Shown: piece by piece, positions 26,515-36,168 of the stretch
Position numbering within the stretch: position 1 is the first letter of the stretch
How the letters are laid out: the number at the start of each line of letters is the position of its first letter
NCBI GenBank assembly: GCA_902385225.1
Contig: CABMEU010000024.1
Coordinates: 5,606 to 69,605 of the forward strand
Direction of reading: 5' to 3'
From: an uncultured archaeon
GTDB taxonomy: Archaea; Iainarchaeota; Iainarchaeia; Iainarchaeales; JAAZKV01
DNA: 64,000 bases
Position numbers and translations under genes: made by a program
The notes under the pieces: model-generated
Seen by the model: only the letters and a program-made list of their open reading frames with translations
Told to the model about the DNA's origin: nothing
Database searches by the model: none

Positions 26515-26534
26515 GAGAGCCGTACTTTAATATC

Positions 26535-26606
26535 ATGAACTCGGGAAATTTTGTTACAAAAACTATTTCTGTCTTAGTCCTTGGGTTAGTCTTGCTGCTA
26601 GAATAG
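26535..26606 (+). CDS. candidate leu/ilv leader peptide (23 codons)
   Basis: Own translation: MNSGNFVTKTISVLVLGLVLLLE. 10 of the last 12 residues before the terminal Glu are Ile/Val/Leu. It lies 167 nt upstream of leuA. Confidence 0.4.
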   Translation: MNSGNFVTKTISVLVLGLVLLLE

Positions 26607-26645
26607 CGGGGACTTCAAGGCTTGCAACCGAGGGGTTCTTTTTTT
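26576..26645 (+). terminator. hairpin plus T-tract (candidate attenuator/terminator) overlapping the mini-ORF 3' half
   Basis: 26578-26587 pairs with 26626-26635 and 26588-26594 pairs with 26616-26622. That gives 16 pairs including wobbles, one G-G mismatch and a 3-nt bulge. TTCTTTTTTT follows at 26636-26645. Confidence 0.4.
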
Positions 26646-26772
26646 AATAGCGCCAAAATATCGCGTTGATTATTTTTTTCATCCGCATGCGCAGTATTTA
26701 ATTAAAATAAAATTGTGAATAAAAAAAAAGAATTTTGAGGTATGTGAAGGTTGCAAAAAGGATGTGTTTATT

Positions 26773-27948
26773 ATGGAGAATAATGAAAGAGTCATAATTT
26801 TTGACACTACTCTTAGGGACGGGGAGCAGAGCCCCGGCGCGAGCATGACAAAGGAAGACAAGATTACTGTCGCCCGCGGGCTTGATGCTCTTGGAGTGGA
26901 TGTTATTGAGGCGGGTTTTCCTGTTTCAAATCAAAAAGATTTTGAGGTATTCAAAATAATTTCAAAGGAACTAAATGCCCAGCTCTGCGGGCTTGCAAGA
27001 TGCGTGGAAAAAGATATTGAAGTCGCCTGGAGTGCGGTTAAGGAAGCGAAGAACCCCAGAATCCATGCTTTTCTTGCGACTAGTGATATTCATTTGAAGC
27101 ACAAGCTCGGCATCTCAAGAGAGGAAGCGCTTAGCAGAATAAAAAAACAGGTGGCTTACGCAAAAAGCCTCTGCCAAAATATTGAGTTCTCGGCTGAGGA
27201 TGCCTCGCGCACTGACCCTGAATTTCTTAAGCTCGCATTCAGAACAGCGATTGAAAGCGGAGCGACTACATTAAACATTCCTGATACTGTGGGTTATTCC
27301 CAGCCAAAGGAATTTGGGAGAATTGTTGAGAGTATTGCGCAGATGAAGGAAGTGAGAGAGAATAAAGTGAATATTAGTGTTCACTGCCACGACGACCTCG
27401 GTCTTGCCACAGCAAATTCTCTTGAGGGAATACTCTCTGGAGCAGCGCAGATTGAGTGCACTATTAATGGAATAGGGGAGCGCGCGGGCAACACCGCTCT
27501 TGAGGAAGTTGTTATGGCGCTTATGACAAGAAAAGATTTTTACAAAAAAAGCACGGGAATTGTAACTGAACAGCTTGTTCCGATGAGCAGACTTGTTAGT
27601 GAGAAGACTTCAATGATAGTGCAAAAAAATAAATCGGTTGTTGGAGCGAATGCTTTTGCTCACGAATCCGGGGTGCATCAGCACGGCGTCATAATGCATA
27701 ACCAAAATTATGAAATTATGAGCGCGGCTAGTGTCGGAGCAAAGAGTAAAATTGTTCTTGGCAAGCTCTCGGGAAAGCACGCAGTTGAAGAATTTCTTAA
27801 AAGCAAGGGAATTCCTGCTACTGAGGAAGTTGTGAAGAATGCTCTTGAGGCGATTAAGGGCGCGGAAAAGAATGTGGAAATGGAGGAAGTGGTGCTTAGG
27901 TTAGCTGAAAAAGCGGGCACTTATTTCCCGAAAAAAGTTTTAATATGA
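26773..27948 (+). CDS. leuA: 2-isopropylmalate synthase / citramalate synthase family, short form without the C-terminal regulatory domain
   Basis: IIFDTTLRDGEQSPGASM, VHCHDDLG and HESGVHQHG motifs. It is only about 391 aa and the LeuA_dimer region is absent. First gene of the leu-ilv operon. Confidence 0.88.
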   Translation: MENNERVIIFDTTLRDGEQSPGASMTKEDKITVARGLDALGVDVIEAGFPVSNQKDFEVFKIISKELNAQLCGLARCVEKDIEVAWSAVKEAKNPRIHAFLATSDIHLKHKLGISREEALSRIKKQVAYAKSLCQNIEFSAEDASRTDPEFLKLAFRTAIESGATTLNIPDTVGYSQPKEFGRIVESIAQMKEVRENKVNISVHCHDDLGLATANSLEGILSGAAQIECTINGIGERAGNTALEEVVMALMTRKDFYKKSTGIVTEQLVPMSRLVSEKTSMIVQKNKSVVGANAFAHESGVHQHGVIMHNQNYEIMSAASVGAKSKIVLGKLSGKHAVEEFLKSKGIPATEEVVKNALEAIKGAEKNVEMEEVVLRLAEKAGTYFPKKVLI

Positions 27949-28006
27949 AAACGAGAAAGGAGAAGTTATATAGAGTTTGTTAGGGTGTTTTTTAGGTGCA
28001 TTCAGT

Positions 28007-29125
28007 ATGGGCGGGGAACATAAAATAGCATTAATTCCGGGGGACCTCAACGGGATAACCGTTACCATGGCGGCAGTGAAAGTTGTTGAATCAATGGGGC
28101 ACTTGCTCAAAAAACCGATTAATCACACCAGATTTGATTATAACGCTGATTATTTCCTGGCAAAAAACATTAAGGAGCTTGGAGAGGAGGAGCTTTCAGA
28201 GCTTAAACAATTCGACCAGATTTATCTTGGCGCAATCGGAGACCCTACAAAAATTAAGCCGGGAATACTTGAAGTTGGAATACTTCTCAAACTTAGGCAG
28301 GCGTTTGACCAGTATGTCAATCTCCGCCCTGTAATTCTTCCGGAAGGAGTCCCAAGCATAATTGTTGGAAAAACAAGCAGGGATATTAATTTTGAAATCT
28401 GCAGAGAGAATTCTGAAGGGCTCTATGTTGACGCTGGATGGATTGAGAAAAAAGGAACCGAAGAGGAAGCAGGCTATCAAATAATGAAATGCACTTACAA
28501 GGGGGTAAAACGGCTTGCGGAGTACGCGGTTATGCGGGCGCAAATGCGAAAAAAGGGAGCAAAGCCGGTAATTCATTTTGTATTCAAAACAAATGTGCTC
28601 ACTTATGCCGCTTCTCCTTGGCAGAGAGTATTTGATGAGTACAAAAAGCGCGCCGATATTGAGGCGAGGTATATGCACATCGATAATTTCTTGATGCAGA
28701 TGCTTCTCAACCCTGCGCAGTTTGATGTTGTGATAACAGAGAATATGTTCGGGGATATCGCAACCGATGCGGGTGCGGTAATTCAGGGGGGAATTGGTTC
28801 TGCGGTTAGCGGCAACATTAATCCTACCGGAAAATTTCCTTCAATGTATGAGCCAATTCACGGCACGGCTCCTGATAAATGGTATGAAACTACAAAGAAT
28901 GGGGAATATGTTCCGAACACTTTTGTAAAGGAAAAAGTTCAGGAAGTAAAACCCGAAGCGGCTTTCCTTTCTTATGCAATGATGCTTGAACAGATGGGCG
29001 AGAAGAGGGCGGCGGATGCGCTTAAGGACGCTGCGCTAAATAATATTAGAAACCCGGCGTATAAAACAAAAAAACTTGACGAGTTAGTTAATGACGCAAT
29101 AAAATTTGTTAGGGATAGGAAGTAG
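28007..29125 (+). CDS. leuB: 3-isopropylmalate dehydrogenase family
   Basis: IALIPGD and NMFGDIATDAGAVIQGGIG. ATG 28007 is preceded by GGTG. Confidence 0.88.
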   Translation: MGGEHKIALIPGDLNGITVTMAAVKVVESMGHLLKKPINHTRFDYNADYFLAKNIKELGEEELSELKQFDQIYLGAIGDPTKIKPGILEVGILLKLRQAFDQYVNLRPVILPEGVPSIIVGKTSRDINFEICRENSEGLYVDAGWIEKKGTEEEAGYQIMKCTYKGVKRLAEYAVMRAQMRKKGAKPVIHFVFKTNVLTYAASPWQRVFDEYKKRADIEARYMHIDNFLMQMLLNPAQFDVVITENMFGDIATDAGAVIQGGIGSAVSGNINPTGKFPSMYEPIHGTAPDKWYETTKNGEYVPNTFVKEKVQEVKPEAAFLSYAMMLEQMGEKRAADALKDAALNNIRNPAYKTKKLDELVNDAIKFVRDRK

Positions 29126-29167
29126 AGCGAACAAAGTAAAGAATGAATGAAATTGTTTGGGGATTGC

Positions 29168-30562
29168 ATGTCAAAAAACACTTTGTATGATAAGGTTTGG
29201 AGTGCGCACACTATTTGGATACTTCCGACAGGACAGACACAGATATTTGTCGGAAGGCATTTGATTCATGAGGTGACTTCCCCTCAGGCGTTTGAAATGC
29301 TCCGCGATAGAAACCTCTCTGCCTCAATTCCGGAGCTTGCAACCGCGGTTGCTGACCATGTAATCCCCACTGATAATCACAAACGCCCTTTCGCTGATTC
29401 GCAGGCGGAGATAATGACAGCGGAGCTTGAAAAAAATGTAAAAGAATTTAATCTTAGATATTTTGCGCTTGATTCAGGGGCTCAGGGAGTATGCCATGTA
29501 ACTTTCTCCGAAGCAGGGTTAATTTGGCCGGGACAGCTTGTTGTCTGCGGGGACTCGCACACATGCACTTACGGGGCGTTTGGCGATCTCGCTTTTGGAA
29601 TTGGGACAACACAAGTTTCGCATGTGCTTGCTACACAAAGCATGGCGATGGAGAAACTTAAAGTCAGAAGAATTAATGTTACAGGAAAACTCAAAAAAGC
29701 AGTTACAACAAAGGATGTTGCTTTGCACATCATAAGGACTCTTGGAGTAAAGGGCGGAGTGGGCTTTGCCTATGAATTCGGCGGAAGTATAGTTGAAGCG
29801 ATGAGTATGGAAGAGAGAATGACTCTTTGCAATCTCGCTGTTGAGGGCGGAGCGCGCTTGGGCTATGTTAATCCCGACAAAACCACTTTTGATTACTTGA
29901 AAGGAAAACCATTCGCGCCAAAAAAAGAGTTTGAACGCGCGGTGAATTACTGGAGAGGGGTTGCCTCAGGCAGTGACGCGGAGTATGATGATATTGTTGA
30001 AATAAATGTTTCAGCACTTGAGCCGATAATCACTTGGGGAATAAACACGGAGCAGGGAATTAAGGTTTCTGAAAATGTTCCGGCTCTTGATTCGTTTAAT
30101 GGCAAAGCAAAGGAAGAGGCGCTTGACGCGTTTAATTATATGGGGCTTAGTGGCGGGCAAGCATTAATTGGAACAAAAGTTGATGTGGTCTTCATTGGCT
30201 CCTGCACAAACGGAAGACTCAGCGACCTAAAATTGGCGGCGGAGATAATTAAAGGAAAGAAAGTGAAAGTACGAACAATGGTTGTTTCTGGCTCTGAGGA
30301 AGTAAAAAAACAGGCTGAAGTGCTTGGGCTTGATAAAATATTCAAGGACGCAGGGTGCGAGTGGAGACTCCCTGGTTGTTCTATGTGCCTTGCGATGAAT
30401 CCGGATAAACTCGTTGGAAATCAAAGGAGTGCTTCAACTTCAAACAGGAATTTTAAAGGAAGACAGGGTTCGCCTAACGGACGAACTCACCTCATGAGCC
30501 CTTACACAGCGGCGGCGACCGCGGTTGAGGGAGTATTTGCCGACCCGAGGAAATACCTCTAA
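29168..30562 (+). CDS. leuC: 3-isopropylmalate dehydratase large subunit (bacterial-type length)
   Basis: TLYDKVWSAH, GDSHTCTYGAFG, IGSCTNGR and CSMCLAMN are the aconitase-family cluster ligands. Confidence 0.93.
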   Translation: MSKNTLYDKVWSAHTIWILPTGQTQIFVGRHLIHEVTSPQAFEMLRDRNLSASIPELATAVADHVIPTDNHKRPFADSQAEIMTAELEKNVKEFNLRYFALDSGAQGVCHVTFSEAGLIWPGQLVVCGDSHTCTYGAFGDLAFGIGTTQVSHVLATQSMAMEKLKVRRINVTGKLKKAVTTKDVALHIIRTLGVKGGVGFAYEFGGSIVEAMSMEERMTLCNLAVEGGARLGYVNPDKTTFDYLKGKPFAPKKEFERAVNYWRGVASGSDAEYDDIVEINVSALEPIITWGINTEQGIKVSENVPALDSFNGKAKEEALDAFNYMGLSGGQALIGTKVDVVFIGSCTNGRLSDLKLAAEIIKGKKVKVRTMVVSGSEEVKKQAEVLGLDKIFKDAGCEWRLPGCSMCLAMNPDKLVGNQRSASTSNRNFKGRQGSPNGRTHLMSPYTAAATAVEGVFADPRKYL

Positions 30563-30579
30563 TACATTAAGTGATTTTT

Positions 30580-31200
30580 ATGGATGAGTTTGTTATCAAA
30601 GAAAATATTATTTCAAGTGTTTTTGGAACAGGAATCCCAAAGCCCGCGAATGACCAGAACACTGATGATATTACCCCTGCAAGATTTCTAAAAGAAATTA
30701 CTTTCGCGAATATGGGAAAGTATGCTTATCTTGATGAGAGAGTTAAAGAAGGAAAAGAAATTCCAACTCACCCTTTCAATGATAAAAGATTCAAAAACGG
30801 CTCAATACTTGTAGCCGGAGCGAATTATGGTTGCGGCTCCTCAAGGGAGCATGCTCCGCAGGCGCTCCATAGGTTTGGGATACGCGCAATAATCGCCGAG
30901 AGCTTTGCGGAAATATTTGCGGGCAACTGCGCTTCGCTTGGAATTGTTGGAGTAACGGTTCCTGCAGAAGAAATCACTAAGCTTGTTGAGTTTATTAGAA
31001 AAACTCCTTCAGAAAAGATTGTTGTTAGTCTCGCTGATAAGAAAGTTAAGTATGGTGGAAGAGAGGTCTCATTCGAGATTCTTGAGGGGCGCAGGCAGGC
31101 CTTTCTTAACGGAACATGGGATGCTTTAACAATACTTCAGCAGAACGCGCAAGGAATCGCGAAAGTTAAGGCAAGTCTTCCTTATTTGGGGTTTAAGTGA
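30580..31200 (+). CDS. leuD: 3-isopropylmalate dehydratase small subunit
   Basis: GANYGCGSSREHAPQAL. ATG 30580 is preceded by GTGATTTTT. Confidence 0.9.
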   Translation: MDEFVIKENIISSVFGTGIPKPANDQNTDDITPARFLKEITFANMGKYAYLDERVKEGKEIPTHPFNDKRFKNGSILVAGANYGCGSSREHAPQALHRFGIRAIIAESFAEIFAGNCASLGIVGVTVPAEEITKLVEFIRKTPSEKIVVSLADKKVKYGGREVSFEILEGRRQAFLNGTWDALTILQQNAQGIAKVKASLPYLGFK

Positions 31201-31205
31201 TTTTG

Positions 31206-32906
31206 ATGAGAGGCACTGAAAGCATACTAAAGGCGCTTATTGCAAACAAGACTAAGCACATTTTCGGCTTTCCAGGAGGAACAGTAATTCCTCTTTACGA
31301 CGAGCTGCTTAATTTTGAAAAAGACTTACGGCACATTCTTGTAAGGCACGAGCAGTGCGCGGCGCATGCGGCTGACGGCTATGCGAGGGCGAGCGGGGGC
31401 GCGGGCGTATGTCTTGCCACTAGCGGTCCCGGTGCAACTAATCTTGTTACGGGAATTATGACAGCATATATGGATTCAAGTCCGTTAATTGCGCTCGCGG
31501 GAAACGTCCCGACTACTTTGCTTGGAAACGATGCTTTTCAGGAAACTGATATGATTGGAGTCACTCTTCCGATTACGAAGCACAATTTCCAAATCAGGAG
31601 CGCAAATAATATTACATCCACAATAAACAACGCATTTACTATCGCGTTAAACGGAAGACCGGGACCGGTTTTTATTGATATTCCAAAGGATGTTCAGCTC
31701 AATCAGGTAACTAACGAGAAACCGACTCAGAAAATCGAGGGATTTAATCCGGTTCTAAAAGGACACCCTGAACAAATCAAACGCGCGGCGAAAATGATTC
31801 TTGATGCACAGCGACCAGTGATTATCGCAGGCGGGGGAATAATCATAAGCAACGCGAGCCATGAACTTTCAAAAATTGTTGAATCATTCAATCTCCCAGT
31901 CACAAGCACATTCATGGGAAAAAGCTGTATCGAGGAAACTCACCCGCTTTACCTTGGGGTAGTTGGGATGCACGGAAGAAAAACCGCGAACTATGCGGTA
32001 GGAAATGCTGATGTTATTGTCGCAATTGGATGCCGCTTCAGCGACAGAATTACGGGGGATGTTAAAACATTTGCTCCTGAGGCAAAAATAATTCACATTG
32101 ATATTGATTCTGCGGAAATTGGGAAAAATGTGCGAGCCGACCTTCCGATTGTCGGGGACGCAAAGCATATCCTTGCCGAGCTTCTTGATGCGATGAGGGC
32201 GCATGCGAAGAAAGGAAAAACCGAGTGGAGCAAAAAGATGGAGAAATTCATTAAGGAGTGCAACTGCGGATTTGATATTTCAAATAATCCGATTGACCCA
32301 AGAAAAATAATTCACGAACTCAACAAAGTGCTTGCTCCGCATGATATTGTTACTGCCGGAACCGGCCAGCACCAGATGTTCGCCGCGCACTTCCTTAAGC
32401 GCTCGCTCCCAAGAACATTTATCTCAAGCGGGGGCGCTGGAACAATGGGTTTTGGTTTTCCTTCTGCGATTGGAGCAAAGGTTGCAAAACCGAATTCGCA
32501 GGTTATTGATGTTGACGGAGACGGGAGTTTTGCGATGGTAATGCAGGAGCTTGCGACTTGCAAAGAAGAGCACATCAAAGTTATCCCTCTTATTTTCAAC
32601 AACTCATATCTTGGAATGGTCCGCCAATGGCAGGAATTATTCCACAACAAACGCTACTCTGGGGTGCGCTTGAACAGAACACCAAACTTTGCGAAAGTTG
32701 CGCAGGCTTACGGCTTAAAGGGACTCACGGTTGACCGCGAGAGCGAAATAAATAAATCGCTCAAAGAGGCGCTCGCTCATGATGAGACTGTTCTTGTTGA
32801 TGTTCTTGTAAGAGAAGAATCAAATATTCTCCCAATGTTTGCCTCGGGAACTAAACACACTGACATGTTCGGCGGATGCATTAAAGTAAAGGGAGAGTTA
32901 TTCTGA
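31206..32906 (+). CDS. ilvB: acetolactate synthase large subunit
   Basis: TPP enzyme pattern: GFPGG, GPGATNLVTGI and GDGSFAM...NN. ATG 31206 is preceded by GTGATTTTG. The ORF-track GTG at 31197 overlaps the leuD stop. Confidence 0.93.
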   Translation: MRGTESILKALIANKTKHIFGFPGGTVIPLYDELLNFEKDLRHILVRHEQCAAHAADGYARASGGAGVCLATSGPGATNLVTGIMTAYMDSSPLIALAGNVPTTLLGNDAFQETDMIGVTLPITKHNFQIRSANNITSTINNAFTIALNGRPGPVFIDIPKDVQLNQVTNEKPTQKIEGFNPVLKGHPEQIKRAAKMILDAQRPVIIAGGGIIISNASHELSKIVESFNLPVTSTFMGKSCIEETHPLYLGVVGMHGRKTANYAVGNADVIVAIGCRFSDRITGDVKTFAPEAKIIHIDIDSAEIGKNVRADLPIVGDAKHILAELLDAMRAHAKKGKTEWSKKMEKFIKECNCGFDISNNPIDPRKIIHELNKVLAPHDIVTAGTGQHQMFAAHFLKRSLPRTFISSGGAGTMGFGFPSAIGAKVAKPNSQVIDVDGDGSFAMVMQELATCKEEHIKVIPLIFNNSYLGMVRQWQELFHNKRYSGVRLNRTPNFAKVAQAYGLKGLTVDRESEINKSLKEALAHDETVLVDVLVREESNILPMFASGTKHTDMFGGCIKVKGELF

Positions 32907-32960
32907 GCTGAGGGGAGTTTTTGCAAAGAGAAATTATTTCAAAACAACATGGTGAAATGA

Positions 32961-33473
32961 ATGGCTAATGGAAACGGCAATGGCAATGGTTCAGGCGAAA
33001 TGAAGAAGCACATAATCGGGCTTCTTGTAGAAGACCACCCCGGTGTGCTTGGCAGACTCACTGGATTGTTCTTAAGAAGAGGATTTAACATTGACACTAT
33101 TATTGTCGGGAGTACTGCAAAGGCAGGGGTTTCTCACATCGTTATTAGTCTTCTTGGGGATGACAAAACTCTGGAGCAGCTTGAGAAACAGGTTTACAAA
33201 ATTGTTGATGTGCTTAAAGTAATTGAACTCTCAAAAGGGAGTGTAATTAGGGAGCACTGCCTTGTGAAAGTGAATTCCACGCCAAAGACGCGGCAGGATA
33301 TAATTAATTTTGCCCAATTGAATAAAGGAAATGTGCTTGAGGCAAATGCAAACAGTATTTTAATTGAGATTGCTGCTGAACCAGCTAAAATTGATGATTT
33401 AGTTGAGGCATTAAAGCCTTTTGGAATAAAAGAATTAAGCAGAACAGGCATTAACGCAATGCTAAGAAAGTAA
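32961..33473 (+). CDS. ilvN: acetolactate synthase small (regulatory, ACT-domain) subunit
   Basis: HIIGLLVEDHPGVLGRLTGLFLRRGFNIDT is an ACT fold. GGTGA SD lies before ATG 32961. The N-terminus carries a short (Asn-Gly)n repeat. Confidence 0.85.
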   Translation: MANGNGNGNGSGEMKKHIIGLLVEDHPGVLGRLTGLFLRRGFNIDTIIVGSTAKAGVSHIVISLLGDDKTLEQLEKQVYKIVDVLKVIELSKGSVIREHCLVKVNSTPKTRQDIINFAQLNKGNVLEANANSILIEIAAEPAKIDDLVEALKPFGIKELSRTGINAMLRK

Positions 33474-33498
33474 TATTTAGTTAAAGGAGGAATTTTGG

Positions 33499-34482
33499 AT
33501 GAAAGTATACACAGACAAAGATGCAAGCCTTGATGCGCTAAAAGGACTCACGGTCGCCGTGATTGGCTTTGGTGCACAGGGAAGAGCACAGGCATTATGC
33601 ATGCGTGACTCGGGAGTTAGCGTTGTTATGGGGCTGAGGCCTGATGGAGACTCCGCAAAAGAGGCTAAGAAGGAAGGGCTCACCGTCCTGTCAATAAGCG
33701 AAGCCGCAAAGAAAGCGGATATTGTGCACATATTAATTCCTGATGAAGTGCAGGGAGATGTTTACGCAAAAGAAATCGCTCCGTACATGAAGAAAGGAAA
33801 AACGTTATCATTCTCGCACGGATTCAATATTTCATTCAAAAAAATAACTCCTCCAAAAGATATTGATGTGTTAATGGTTGCGCCAAAATCGCCTGGAACT
33901 GAGGAAAGAAAAAGATACTTAGAGGGATTTGGTGTGCCAGGACTGCTTGCGGTTTATCAGGATGCAAGCGGCAAGGCAAAAGCAAGAGGGCTTGCTATGG
34001 CAAAAGCATGCGGTTTCACAAGAGCAGGAGTAATTGAATGCACTTTCCAGCAGGAAGCATTCGAGGATTTGTTCGGCGAGCAGGCAGTTCTCTGCGGGGG
34101 ATTATCCGAACTAATCAAAGCAGGATTTGAAACACTAACTAATGCAGGGTATCCACCCGAAATGGCTTACTTTGAGTGTCTCCACGAAATGAAACTCATA
34201 GTTGACCTTGTTTATGAAGGGGGGCTTGCTTACATGTGGGATGTTGTAAGTAACACCGCGGAGTACGGCGGGCGAACCAGAGGAAAAATGATTATCAATG
34301 AAAACACTCGCAAGGTGATGAAGCAAATGCTTGCGGATGTTGAATCAGGAAAATTCGCCACCGAGTGGATTAACGAATACAAAGCGGGAATTCCTAACCT
34401 TACAAGAATGAGGGAAGAGGAAGCAAAGCACCCTATTGAAGTGGTGGGAAGAGAAATTAGGGCAATGTTCAAAAAGAAATAA
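33499..34482 (+). CDS. ilvC: ketol-acid reductoisomerase
   Basis: [21 protein letters not shown] Rossmann motif and [19 protein letters not shown]. Confidence 0.95.
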   Translation: MKVYTDKDASLDALKGLTVAVIGFGAQGRAQALCMRDSGVSVVMGLRPDGDSAKEAKKEGLTVLSISEAAKKADIVHILIPDEVQGDVYAKEIAPYMKKGKTLSFSHGFNISFKKITPPKDIDVLMVAPKSPGTEERKRYLEGFGVPGLLAVYQDASGKAKARGLAMAKACGFTRAGVIECTFQQEAFEDLFGEQAVLCGGLSELIKAGFETLTNAGYPPEMAYFECLHEMKLIVDLVYEGGLAYMWDVVSNTAEYGGRTRGKMIINENTRKVMKQMLADVESGKFATEWINEYKAGIPNLTRMREEEAKHPIEVVGREIRAMFKKK

Positions 34483-34501
34483 AATTCAGCAATTCGGATG
34501 G

Positions 34502-36148
34502 ATGAAAATGAATACAGCGCAAATCAAAGAGCTTCCTGCGGCAAAGAGCCTTTTTCTCGCTGATGGCGTGAAGAAGGATTCTTTGAAGAAACCCTTTATC
34601 GCGATTGTGAATTCACAGTGCGATATAGTTCCGGGGCACATCCACCTCGGGAAGCTTGGCGAAGAGGCAAAGAAAGGTGTAATCGCAGCAGGAGGAGTTC
34701 CGTTTGAATTCCACACAATCGCGATTTGTGATGGTATCGCAATGGGTCATGAGGGAATGAAATATTCTCTTCCATCAAGAGAAATAATTGCTGATTCTAT
34801 TGAGGCGATGATTAAGGGGCACGGGGTATTTGACGGGGCAATATTTATTTGCTCCTGCGATAAAATTGTTCCGGGTCACTTAATGGCGGCGCTTCGCTGC
34901 AATCTTCCAAGCGTGTTTGTTACAGGCGGACCAATGATGCCTGGCAGTCGCAACGGAAAAGGAATGGATGTAAAGGATTCTTTTGCGGCAAAAGGCGCGC
35001 TTGAGGGAAAAAAAATCACTCCGGAAGAGTATGAGGATATTATTTGCAACTCCTGCCCTGGCGCTGGAAGCTGCGCTGGGCTTTTTACCGCCAACTCAAT
35101 GGCGTGCATTGTTGAAGCCTTGGGATTTTCGGAGGGTATGTGCGCAACCACTCACGCGATAACAAAGGAAAAAGGAATTCAGGCATTTAACGCGGGGGCA
35201 AAGGTTCTTTCGCTTATCAAATCAAACACCCGCGCGAAGGATATTGCTACAAAAGACGCTTTTATGAACGCTCTTCGTGTGGACATGGCGATTGGGGCGA
35301 GCACAAATACTATTCTTCACTTGCCCGATATTGCAAAGGAAGCGGGAATTATAATTACGCTTGATAATATGGATGAGGTTTCAAAAAGCACTCCAAACTT
35401 AGTGAAAATTTCTCCAAGTAGTTCGTTTAGAATGATTGATTTGCATAATGCGGGGGGAATTCCTGCAGTACTTGCGGAACTTTCTAAGAAGAATTTAATT
35501 TTGAACACAAAAACGATTGATGGTAAAATGCTTGAGCGAATCAAGGCTGCAAAAATCACAAACACAGAAGTAATTCACACAATTGCTACTCCATATTCCC
35601 AAACCGGCGGAATTAGTATTCTTTACGGCAACCTCGCGGAGAAAGGCGCAGTGATTAAATCAGCGGGGGTTGGAATAACTGAGAAAGTGTTTGATGGAAA
35701 CGCTGTTTGTTTTGATGATGAGGACTCCTGCTCGAAGTATATTGAAAGCGGGAAAGTGAAGAAGGGTGATGTTATTGTTATTCGGTATGTTGGTAAAGCC
35801 GGCGCGCCGGGGATGCCTGAAATGCTTTACCCGACCTCAGCAATTAGCGGGCTAGGGCTTGACAAGGATGTTGCTTTGATAACAGATGGACGTTTTAGCG
35901 GCGCAACAAAAGGAATTAGTATTGGTCATGTTGATCCTGAAGCGGCTCTTGGCGGAAACATCGCGCTCGCAGAGAACGGCGACAAAATCAAAATTGACCT
36001 TGAAAAGAAACGAATTGATTTAATCATAAGCGATAAAGAACTTGCTGCGCGGAGAACAAAGCTCAGAAACAAAATGAAAGAGCTGCCTGAAGGGATGCTA
36101 AAGAGATATAGGAAGAATATACTTGAGCAAAACAAGGGCTCAAACTAA
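34502..36148 (+). CDS. ilvD: dihydroxy-acid dehydratase
   Basis: [23 protein letters not shown] and TDGRFSG motifs. Start trimmed to ATG 34502, after the ilvC stop. Confidence 0.95.
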   Translation: MKMNTAQIKELPAAKSLFLADGVKKDSLKKPFIAIVNSQCDIVPGHIHLGKLGEEAKKGVIAAGGVPFEFHTIAICDGIAMGHEGMKYSLPSREIIADSIEAMIKGHGVFDGAIFICSCDKIVPGHLMAALRCNLPSVFVTGGPMMPGSRNGKGMDVKDSFAAKGALEGKKITPEEYEDIICNSCPGAGSCAGLFTANSMACIVEALGFSEGMCATTHAITKEKGIQAFNAGAKVLSLIKSNTRAKDIATKDAFMNALRVDMAIGASTNTILHLPDIAKEAGIIITLDNMDEVSKSTPNLVKISPSSSFRMIDLHNAGGIPAVLAELSKKNLILNTKTIDGKMLERIKAAKITNTEVIHTIATPYSQTGGISILYGNLAEKGAVIKSAGVGITEKVFDGNAVCFDDEDSCSKYIESGKVKKGDVIVIRYVGKAGAPGMPEMLYPTSAISGLGLDKDVALITDGRFSGATKGISIGHVDPEAALGGNIALAENGDKIKIDLEKKRIDLIISDKELAARRTKLRNKMKELPEGMLKRYRKNILEQNKGSN

Positions 36149-36168
36149 ACTCCAAATTAAATTGCAAT

